The notes under the pieces: model-generated | Seen by the model: only the letters and a program-made list of their open reading frames with translations | Told to the model about the DNA's origin: nothing | Database searches by the model: none | Shown here: positions 56,691-64,000 of the stretch, piece after piece | Numbering within the stretch: the stretch's first letter is position 1 | Layout of the letters: each line of letters starts with the position of its first letter | Translations under genes and position numbers: made by a program | NCBI GenBank assembly: GCA_964570105.1 | Contig: CAZMWM010000001.1 | Coordinates: 7,803-71,802, forward strand | Length of the DNA: 64,000 bases | Reading direction: 5' to 3' | Source: an uncultured Lachnospiraceae bacterium | GTDB taxonomy: Bacteria > Bacillota > Clostridia > Oscillospirales > CAG-272

Positions 56691-58112
56691 ATGGAATATA
56701 TCGATGTACACGCGACCGCAAAGCTCTGGAATCTGCCGGAACGCAGAGTCACCGCTCTTTGCCGTAGCGGACGCATACCGGGCGCTAAAAAAGACGGCAA
56801 GCTTTGGCTCATACCCGACGACGCCGAAAAGCCTCTCGACGGGCGCACGAAAGAAAGCGCTTCCGCCACGCTTGCAAGCTCCTCTCCTGCGATATTTACC
56901 ACTACCACCAATTATGCGGAAACCGGAGCGGCCTTGAACGCGCGAAACAAATTTGAAGCCACTTACCGCAAGAGTGCCGAATACTCAGCTTTCACCCCTT
57001 ACCGCATATGTCCGCTCGGCGCTCACAGCGACCATCAGCTCGGCAAGATAACCGGATTTGCCATAAACAAGGGCATACATATCGCTTACGGTCCCAAGCA
57101 GAATGGGGTGATCGAGATAGCATCGCTCCAATTCCCCAAGCGTGCGCAATGGCACGTCTCCTCCACACCGAAGGAAAAGCAGAACGATTGGGCTGACCAT
57201 CTGAGAGGCGCCACCATAGCACTGAACAGCCGTTACCCACTAAGTGTCGGTCTCTGTGCGATAATCGACGGAGAGCTTCCCATAGGCGGTCTTTCCTCGT
57301 CCGCCGCCGTAATAATCACCTTCCTTTCGGCACTCTGCCACCTGAACGGCATTAACCTTTCCGAGCAGGAGCTTATAACCATCTCGAAGGAAGCCGAAAA
57401 TAAGTACGTCGGCGTTTCGTGCGGAAAGCTCGATCAATCCTGCGAGGTCTACTGCCGCAAGGATCACCTGCTTTATATGGATATGCGCGATGACAGCTAC
57501 GAGCTTATCCCCACCGCCCCATCGATGAAGCCGTACAAGATCGCCATCTTTTTTTCCGGACTTGAGCGCAGTCTCGCCGGTAGCAAATTCAATATGAGAG
57601 TGGACGAATGCCGTTCCGCCGCGTACGCACTGAAGGCATTCAGCGGAATGGAATACGGCAAATTCGAAGAGACCAACCTCCGCGACGTTCCGTACGAAAC
57701 ATATCTCGAGCACCGCGACAGACTTCCGGAAAATTGGAGAAAGCGTGCGGAGCATTGGTACACGGAGTTCAGACGCGTTGAAGCCGGCGCGGAAGCTTGG
57801 AGACGCGGCGATATAGAGGCATTCGGGCGCCTTTCCTCCGAAAGCGGTCATTCCTCGATATACAATTACGAGACCGGCTCTCCCGAGCTTAAAAAGCTTT
57901 ACGAGATAATGATGCACACTGACGGAATATACGGCGGACGCTTCTCCGGCGCAGGCTTCAAGGGGTGCTGTATGGCTCTGATAGCGCCTGAATTCGAAGA
58001 GAGCATCCTCGAAAACGTCAAGCGCGAATACCTTAACGCCTTCCCCGAGCTTCGCGATAAGTATTCAGCCCACGTATGCCACACGGCAGACGGCGTTCGC
58101 TTAAACAAATAA
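56691..58112 (+). CDS. GHMP-family sugar-1-kinase (galacturonate-kinase-like) with N-terminal excisionase-type HTH
   Basis: Aa 1-45 (IDVHATAKLWNLPERRVTALCRSGRIPGAKKDGKLWLIP) form an HTH_17-like domain. The core has YRICPLGAHSDHQLG, which I recall from the plant GalAK family, and the GHMP motif PIGGLSSSAAV. Confidence 0.75.
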   Translation: MEYIDVHATAKLWNLPERRVTALCRSGRIPGAKKDGKLWLIPDDAEKPLDGRTKESASATLASSSPAIFTTTTNYAETGAALNARNKFEATYRKSAEYSAFTPYRICPLGAHSDHQLGKITGFAINKGIHIAYGPKQNGVIEIASLQFPKRAQWHVSSTPKEKQNDWADHLRGATIALNSRYPLSVGLCAIIDGELPIGGLSSSAAVIITFLSALCHLNGINLSEQELITISKEAENKYVGVSCGKLDQSCEVYCRKDHLLYMDMRDDSYELIPTAPSMKPYKIAIFFSGLERSLAGSKFNMRVDECRSAAYALKAFSGMEYGKFEETNLRDVPYETYLEHRDRLPENWRKRAEHWYTEFRRVEAGAEAWRRGDIEAFGRLSSESGHSSIYNYETGSPELKKLYEIMMHTDGIYGGRFSGAGFKGCCMALIAPEFEESILENVKREYLNAFPELRDKYSAHVCHTADGVRLNK

Positions 58113-58183
58113 AACGGATATCCGTCTCGGAAAGTCAAAAAACATATCAGTCGCTTCGGCGGCGGAACGGAGTTGAACATTTT

Positions 58184-58924
58184 ATGAAATGTCTGATACT
58201 TGCGGCAGGATACGCCACGAGACTTTACCCACTCACCGAAAATTTCCCCAAGCCTCTTCTTGAAGTCAAGGGCAAGACCATACTCGATCACTTGATAGAC
58301 GATATCGATACGCTCGGAGCGATAGACGAGTACGTGGTCATCTCAAATCACAAATTTTACGCTTGCTTTGAAAAATGGGCAAGCGAGAGCCAAAAAAAGA
58401 TCACGGTCGTGGATGATGGCACAACGTCGAACGAAACGCGACTCGGCGCGGTAAAAGACGTAGAATTTGCTATCGAAGCGCTCGGCATCAATGACAGCAT
58501 GCTGGTGATCGCCGGGGATAATCTTCTGGATTTCAGTCTTACGTCCTTCATAAATTACGCACTCTCAAAAAAGACCTCCTGCATCATGCGTTATTACGAG
58601 CCGTCGGATAAAAAGCTACTGAAATCCGGCGTGGTGACGGTGGACGAAAACGACCGAGTCCTCAAAATGACCGAGAAATCTCCGACACCCGAAACACATT
58701 GGTGCTCTCCCCCGTTCTATTACTATACAGCCGAGGATGCAAAGCGCGTCCGCATCGGGATCGAGAGCGGATGCGAAACGGACGCACCGGGCAGTTATAT
58801 CGCATGGCTGTGCACGCAGACAGACGTGCACGCGATGGAGATGCCCGGAAAACGGTACGATATCGGAGATCTCGAAAGCTATGAAAAAGTAAAAAAGGAA
58901 TACGGAGGAATAACTGTATGCTGA
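58184..58924 (+). CDS. Sugar-1-phosphate nucleotidyltransferase
   Basis: MKCLILAAGYATRLYPLTENFPKPLL matches the G-x-G-T-R-L type signature. ATG 58184 is preferred over the track's 58076. Confidence 0.8.
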   Translation: MKCLILAAGYATRLYPLTENFPKPLLEVKGKTILDHLIDDIDTLGAIDEYVVISNHKFYACFEKWASESQKKITVVDDGTTSNETRLGAVKDVEFAIEALGINDSMLVIAGDNLLDFSLTSFINYALSKKTSCIMRYYEPSDKKLLKSGVVTVDENDRVLKMTEKSPTPETHWCSPPFYYYTAEDAKRVRIGIESGCETDAPGSYIAWLCTQTDVHAMEMPGKRYDIGDLESYEKVKKEYGGITVC

Positions 58925-59991
58925 CACCAAACGTACAACTGGACGGAAGCACGGTGCTCGTTACGGGAGCCGCCGGCTTCATCGGCGCAAATCTCGTGAC
59001 GGAGCTGTTGAAAACGGCTAAGGGTATAAAGATCGTAGGGCTTGACAACCTGAACGATTATTACGACGTATCCATCAAAGAATACCGTCTCGAGCGCATC
59101 CGGGAGCTTGCGGCTCTTCACCCCGAAAGCAGCTGGAGCTTTGTTAAGGGAAACATCGCAGACAAGGAGCTTATCGAGCGTCTCTTTACGGAGCATTCCT
59201 TCGACGTCGCGGTAAATCTTGCGGCTCAGGCGGGAGTGCGGTATTCCATCACAAATCCGGACGTGTATATCGAGAGCAACATCATCGGATTTTATAATAT
59301 CCTCGAAGCTTGCCGCAACCACCCCGTGAAGCACCTCGTTTACGCTTCAAGTTCTTCCGTGTACGGCTCAAATAAAAAAGTTCCGTATTCCACGGACGAT
59401 AAGGTGGATAATCCGGTGTCGCTCTACGCCGCCACCAAAAAAAGCAACGAGCTTCTCGCTCACGCGTATTCAAAGCTTTACAACATCCCCTCGACCGGAC
59501 TGCGCTTCTTCACCGTCTACGGACCTGCCGGACGTCCGGATATGGCATATTTTAACTTTACGAACAAGCTCCTGAAGGGTGAGACCATCCGTATATTCAA
59601 TTACGGTAACTGCAAGCGCGATTTCACCTACGTTGACGATATAGTGGAAGGCGTGAAGCGCGTTATGCGGTGCGCTCCCGAAAAGGCTCAGGGAGAGGAC
59701 GGACTTCCGCTTCCGCCGTACAGGGTGTATAACATAGGTAACAGCTCCCCCGAAAACCTGCTCGATTTTGTCGACATACTCCAAGAAGAGCTGATCCACG
59801 CAGGCGTGCTTCCGTCGGATTACGATTTCGACTCTCATAAAGAGCTTGTCCCGATGCAGCCCGGCGACGTTCCCGTAACGTACGCGGACACATCGGCGCT
59901 CGAGCGCGATCTCGGCTTCAGACCGTCCACTCCGCTTCGTGACGGACTGCGGAGATTTGCCGAATGGTATCGCGTTTTTTACGCAAAATAA
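58918..59991 (+). CDS. NAD-dependent epimerase (UDP-glucuronate 4-epimerase-like)
   Basis: Has VLVTGAAGFIGANL, the YAATKKSNE catalytic YxxxK, and overall resemblance to Cap1J/LpsL-type enzymes. Confidence 0.75.
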   Translation: MLTPNVQLDGSTVLVTGAAGFIGANLVTELLKTAKGIKIVGLDNLNDYYDVSIKEYRLERIRELAALHPESSWSFVKGNIADKELIERLFTEHSFDVAVNLAAQAGVRYSITNPDVYIESNIIGFYNILEACRNHPVKHLVYASSSSVYGSNKKVPYSTDDKVDNPVSLYAATKKSNELLAHAYSKLYNIPSTGLRFFTVYGPAGRPDMAYFNFTNKLLKGETIRIFNYGNCKRDFTYVDDIVEGVKRVMRCAPEKAQGEDGLPLPPYRVYNIGNSSPENLLDFVDILQEELIHAGVLPSDYDFDSHKELVPMQPGDVPVTYADTSALERDLGFRPSTPLRDGLRRFAEWYRVFYAK

Positions 59992-60235
59992 TAACGACTA
60001 AAGACCGTCGCAACCGCATAGACCTGTTGCCATAGGGAAAACACCACAGGAACGGATATGCCTTTTTGTGACCGCCGCCTCGGAGACCGACGGAATAAGC
60101 AGATCGCGGAGACGCCGAGAAGCTTTGCCCGAAGGCTCGTGAGAGCAACTAAATAAAGGAGACCGGATTGCTCGCGCACAGTCGCGGACGCATCCGAAAA
60201 ACGTCTCTTTTCAACACAGAAAGGAAAAAACACAA

Positions 60236-61432
60236 ATGGATAACAAGGTCAAAATAGCGGTAGCCGGAACAGGTTACGTCGGACTTTCTATGGCGGTGCT
60301 ACTTGCACAGCACAACGAGGTGACGGCTGTCGATATCGTTCCCGAAAAGGTGGAAATGATAAACGCGAGACGTTCCCCCATCTCGGATAAAGAGATAGAG
60401 GAATACCTCGCCTCGCACGAGCTTGCCCTTAAGGCAACGACCGACGCACGCACGGCGTACGCAAACGCAGAGCTGGTCTTGATCTCGACGCCTACAAATT
60501 ACGATCCGAGCAAAAATTTCTTCGACACGTCCTCCGTCGAAAGCGTGATAAAACAGGTCATAGAAGTAAATCCGGACGCTGTAATGATAGTAAAATCCAC
60601 AGTCCCCGTAGGATACACCGAAAGGATACGCTCGGAGCTTTCCTGCGACAATATCCTTTTCAGCCCCGAATTTCTCAGAGAAGGGCGCGCGCTGTACGAT
60701 AATCTCTACCCGAGCCGTATAATAGTCGGAACACCGATAAGAAACGCACGCCTTAAAAAAGCCGCGGAAAAATTTGCCTCGCTCCTAAAGGACGGCGCAC
60801 TCAAGGAGGATATCGAGGTAAGATTTATGAATCCCACCGAGGCGGAAGCGGTCAAGCTGTTCTCAAATACCTATCTCGCGCTCAGAGTTGCATTCTTCAA
60901 CGAGCTTGATACTTACGCCGCGGTAAGAGGTCTTGACACGCGTTCCATAATCGAGGGCGTCGGGCTTGATCCGCGTATCGGCTCGCACTACAACAACCCC
61001 TCCTTCGGCTACGGCGGCTACTGTCTGCCCAAGGACACCAAACAGCTTCTTGCCAACTACAACGACGTACCTCAGAATATAATATCCGCGATAGTCGCGG
61101 CAAATTCCACAAGAAAAGACTTTATAGCAGATCAGATAATCGCCCTTTCTCCCAAGACCGTCGGCATATATCGGCTCACGATGAAGAGCGGATCTGATAA
61201 TTTCCGCCAATCCTCCGTCCAAGGCGTTATGAAAAGGATAAAAGCCAAGGGCATCGAGGTCGTGGTATACGAGCCGACTATGAAGGACGACAGATTTTTC
61301 GGAAGCCGAGTTGTACGCGACATAGAGCAATTCAAGAATGAGTGCGACGTCATAATAGCCAACAGGTACAGCGACGAGATCGCCGACGCGCTCGATAAGG
61401 TATATACGAGAGACCTTTATTTCAGAGACTGA
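60236..61432 (+). CDS. ugd: UDP-glucose 6-dehydrogenase
   Basis: Has the [12 protein letters not shown] Rossmann motif, SPEFLREG and the catalytic [10 protein letters not shown]. Confidence 0.9.
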   Translation: MDNKVKIAVAGTGYVGLSMAVLLAQHNEVTAVDIVPEKVEMINARRSPISDKEIEEYLASHELALKATTDARTAYANAELVLISTPTNYDPSKNFFDTSSVESVIKQVIEVNPDAVMIVKSTVPVGYTERIRSELSCDNILFSPEFLREGRALYDNLYPSRIIVGTPIRNARLKKAAEKFASLLKDGALKEDIEVRFMNPTEAEAVKLFSNTYLALRVAFFNELDTYAAVRGLDTRSIIEGVGLDPRIGSHYNNPSFGYGGYCLPKDTKQLLANYNDVPQNIISAIVAANSTRKDFIADQIIALSPKTVGIYRLTMKSGSDNFRQSSVQGVMKRIKAKGIEVVVYEPTMKDDRFFGSRVVRDIEQFKNECDVIIANRYSDEIADALDKVYTRDLYFRD

Positions 61433-61464
61433 GACTCAAAGACGCGGTAATTTCCCGATAACAC

Positions 61465-61514
61465 ACACACGCAGACAACCTTTCGTTTGAAAGATGATCT
61501 GCGTGTGTTTTTTT
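61465..61514 (+). terminator. Rho-independent terminator after ugd
   Basis: Stem acacacgcaga (61465-75) with tctgcgtgtgt (61498-508), followed by a T-run. It abuts the stop codon of the convergent gene. Confidence 0.6.
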
Positions 61515-62427
61515 ACGGCATTATAAAATTCAGTGCCTTGTGAAGTACCTCGATATTCACGTTGCTCTCGTTTATCAGCTCGCCGTCAAGCGAATAGCAA
61601 AATCCGGTGGCGGCGGAAAGCTCGAGCTTCTTGGCTCTGCGGTAAACGATGATATCCCGAAAAAGCTCGCTGTCTATATGCTCGCCGCGCTCGTAATAGC
61701 CCATAAGCTTCAAAAATCTGACTCTCGATACCGGCTTCACCAGACAGACCTCGAGCAATCCGTCATCATATTCGGAATACGGCGCACATTTATATCTACC
61801 TCCGACGTATTTCCCGTTCGCTATCGTGCAAAGCAAAAAATCACCGTAATTCAGTACCTCACCGTCCGCGATCAACGTACATTCCGAACGCATCGCTGTA
61901 AGGAATGCGCACGCAACTCCGGTCGTATAAGAATGCTTTCCGCCAATAAGCTTTTTATCTCTTACGCTGTTCATGACCTTTGCCACACAGCTGTCAAAGC
62001 CGAAATGCACGGCGTTTGCAGCATAATACGTACCTGCCTTGATCACATCGATCCGCTCAACGCTCCCTTCGAGCAGACGTCCCACATCGGAATATCGTTC
62101 CGCGCCTCCCACCGCCTTGACGAAATCGTTTCCGCTTCCGGCAGGATAAACGCATAAAGCGTAATTATCGCGCCCCGAGCGCATAACTCCGTTCACGGCT
62201 TCGTTGAGCGAGCCGTCGCCGCCGCATATATAAAATCTGTACATCTCATCCGACGAGCCGCTCTCCAGCCTGCTCCGTATAAATTCCGAAGCATCGCCCT
62301 TCCGTTTCGTAAAATACACCTCGATATCGTACGATCTTCTGAACCTCTCGATCTGCTCCGTGACGAGCAAGGCTTGCTTGCCCTTTCCGGCAATGGGGTT
62401 TACGACGAATATGTGTTTTGTGACCAT
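61513..62427 (-). CDS. Diacylglycerol-kinase-family lipid kinase (YegS/DagK/BmrU type)
   Basis: Carries the FVVNPIAGKGK and CGGDGSLNE motifs. Confidence 0.85.
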   Translation of the reverse strand: MVTKHIFVVNPIAGKGKQALLVTEQIERFRRSYDIEVYFTKRKGDASEFIRSRLESGSSDEMYRFYICGGDGSLNEAVNGVMRSGRDNYALCVYPAGSGNDFVKAVGGAERYSDVGRLLEGSVERIDVIKAGTYYAANAVHFGFDSCVAKVMNSVRDKKLIGGKHSYTTGVACAFLTAMRSECTLIADGEVLNYGDFLLCTIANGKYVGGRYKCAPYSEYDDGLLEVCLVKPVSRVRFLKLMGYYERGEHIDSELFRDIIVYRRAKKLELSAATGFCYSLDGELINESNVNIEVLHKALNFIMP

Positions 62428-62529
62428 ATGAGCTGTTCCGTTCCCTTCATAAATATGATTGCGCGGATACGGCGGGGCACACCGCGAAAGCCCGTTTGAA
62501 GCGCACTTAAGAAATGTTACAATATTAGG

Positions 62530-62558
62530 TTGAAATCCGTTGCCGCATCTGCTACAAT
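62530..62558 (+). promoter_or_regulatory. Sigma70-type promoter for the terminal ORF
   Basis: TTGAAA (62530-35), a 17-nt spacer, then TACAAT (62553-58). Confidence 0.4.
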
Positions 62559-62664
62559 TATAACATATCTTTCAAAGCTTTGCAATACCTTCGGCGCATT
62601 TTGCAAAATATTGTCGATAGCTTTTCGCTCTCGATCCCAAAACGAAGAAAGGATACGCTTGAAA

Positions 62665-64000
62665 ATGGAGACTGCACGCTCTTTGATCTCGGATCCGGTG
62701 TTCAAAAATCTTGAATTTTATACCTCTCTCGTGCGTGAGAACGGAGAGGACTCGGAGTACCTCGGAGTTAAACTGCTCGACGAGCCGGAAAAGTTCGTCA
62801 AAGGCGCTCTGATAAACTGCGCTGTCAAGCTGTTCTTGCATTATAACGCAAAAGCAGACAACCGCGACGCCAAGGCGTGGGAGCGCGTCGTTTATTTCAT
62901 TCGAATGCTCAAGGACGACCATTTAAAGACTTGGGGAAAGCTGAACGCTCTGCGCGGAACATACGCTTTGTATGAGACCGGTTTTCTCGCAACGCTCCCC
63001 GAGGACTGCATACAGATACTTCGCGAAAAGACCAGATACGACGACTTTTACGATACGAAAAGAAAGATGTTGCTCGGAAACTACCCAAGCAATTATTATC
63101 AAGTTGCCTTGGGTTGCGCCGGGATCCGCGAAGCCATCGGCTGGGACGAGCCGGGCGAGTGCGACATCATCCTTGAGAAGCTGTTTTCCGTTATGAGCGA
63201 TTTTTCCGACAGCGGTTGGATGGACGAGCGTCCGCCTTACGGAAGATTTGACAGATACTCTATGATGGTAGCCGCAGAACTCACGGACACGCTCGATTTT
63301 TTAAAAAAGCCGGTCCCCGAATTTGCATTAAAGGCTCTCAGAAGCTCCGCGGAGCTTGCGCTTGCGTGTGCCAATCCTCACGGCGACGGTGTACTGTACG
63401 GCAGAAGTCTGTCCGTACACGGAGACTGCGCGTATCTCGAGATACTCGCGACCGCACTGCGTCACGGTCTGGTCTCGGATGAGGATATCCGTACCGCAGT
63501 GCTTTATTGCGGAGCCATTTTGAGACATACCTTCTCTTATTGGTACGATACCGCTCGCCGCTCGTACGACCTTTGGTTTGACGGAAGGACTACAAATTCA
63601 TACCGCCAAGTGCACCGACTCCTTGAGGTCAATCTCGATATGTCGTTGCATATGCTCAATACGCTCGACGTGCTTGAAGCGGCTGACTGTGCGGACGAGC
63701 CGCTCGAGGATCCGCTTCCGCGCAATCCGCATTCATTTTCGAGACCGCAAAAGACGGTATTCAAAAGCGTCCCAAACGACGAGCGGGTACTGTACAGCTT
63801 CGTAAGAAAAGGAACGCTCCACCAGCTTCCGCTGATAGGCGGAGGCGAATACGCGCTCAACGCCGCGTATCTCCCCTTCCCGACGTCTCCTTCTCTGCTC
63901 GAAGCTCCCCCGGAAACGCGTATACCGTTTCTTGTTCCGCACTTTGTCACGGAGCGCGGAGATAAGCTGTTGCCGTCCGGTTTTTATACCGAAATAACGG
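62665..64000 (+). CDS. Hypothetical protein, 5' partial view (runs off the window end)
   Basis: This ORF is not in the track because it has no stop in the window. ATG 62665 follows an RBS (gaaaggat), and I translated more than 445 uninterrupted codons by hand (METARSLISDPVFKNLEFYTSL...). I recognised no motif. The helical, W/Y-rich composition hints at an alpha/alpha-toroid glycan-active enzyme. Confidence 0.55.
   Translation, partial: METARSLISDPVFKNLEFYTSLVRENGEDSEYLGVKLLDEPEKFVKGALINCAVKLFLHYNAKADNRDAKAWERVVYFIRMLKDDHLKTWGKLNALRGTYALYETGFLATLPEDCIQILREKTRYDDFYDTKRKMLLGNYPSNYYQVALGCAGIREAIGWDEPGECDIILEKLFSVMSDFSDSGWMDERPPYGRFDRYSMMVAAELTDTLDFLKKPVPEFALKALRSSAELALACANPHGDGVLYGRSLSVHGDCAYLEILATALRHGLVSDEDIRTAVLYCGAILRHTFSYWYDTARRSYDLWFDGRTTNSYRQVHRLLEVNLDMSLHMLNTLDVLEAADCADEPLEDPLPRNPHSFSRPQKTVFKSVPNDERVLYSFVRKGTLHQLPLIGGGEYALNAAYLPFPTSPSLLEAPPETRIPFLVPHFVTERGDKLLPSGFYTEIT

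Noticed and set aside
1-64000. Search for rRNA, tRNA, CRISPR arrays, IS elements, integrases or prophage genes, and toxin-antitoxin pairs
   Set aside because: No cloverleaf-like or rRNA-like non-coding stretch is long enough; the intergenic regions are short and accounted for by promoters and terminators. I saw no repeat-spacer arrays, and no transposase, recombinase or phage structural motifs in any listed ORF.

Overview
This is a 64-kb chromosomal window of mid-range GC (judged by eye). Its gene order is typical of Firmicutes/Clostridia: infC-rpmI-rplT with an ATT-start infC, dprA-topA-trmFO, plsX...rnc-smc-ftsY, and nadD-yqeK-rsfS. I call about 55 protein-coding genes plus several sigma70-type promoters, intrinsic terminators and a putative L20 leader. 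I saw no rRNA, tRNA, CRISPR array, IS element, integrase or prophage.

Four unusual modules interrupt the housekeeping blocks:
1. 0.06-8.3 kb: a FAS-II-like operon. It runs Fe-S flavoprotein, PlsC-type acyltransferase, ACP, a single 799-aa polypeptide fusing a catalytic ketosynthase to a Cys->Gln chain-length-factor-like domain, KR, DH, MAT, AccD, AccA. No enoyl reductase, FabH or thioesterase is present in the window. It reads like a type II PKS or aryl-polyene-style lipid pathway in a Gram-positive genome.
2. 13.2-19.4 kb: a four-gene MBOAT O-acyltransferase operon. It carries two paralogous SGNH/DltD-like ectoproteins fused to BspA-type LRR domains.
3. 28.3-29.8 kb: a catalytically dead RNase III paralogue with two dsRNA-binding domains. 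It sits where fabD-fabG-acpP lie in the Bacillus plsX...rnc arrangement.
4. 42.4-61.4 kb: a surface-polysaccharide locus. It holds FnlABC/L-FucNAc genes, WbuB, LicD, Wzx, Wzy and three other GTs. It also holds an unexplained overlapping pair of P-loop kinase-like genes and a divergent operon with an HTH-fused GalA-kinase-like enzyme.

Module 1 is my best candidate for an undescribed system, followed by modules 3 and 2. All functional calls come from recognising motifs by eye in the supplied translations. No database search was run.
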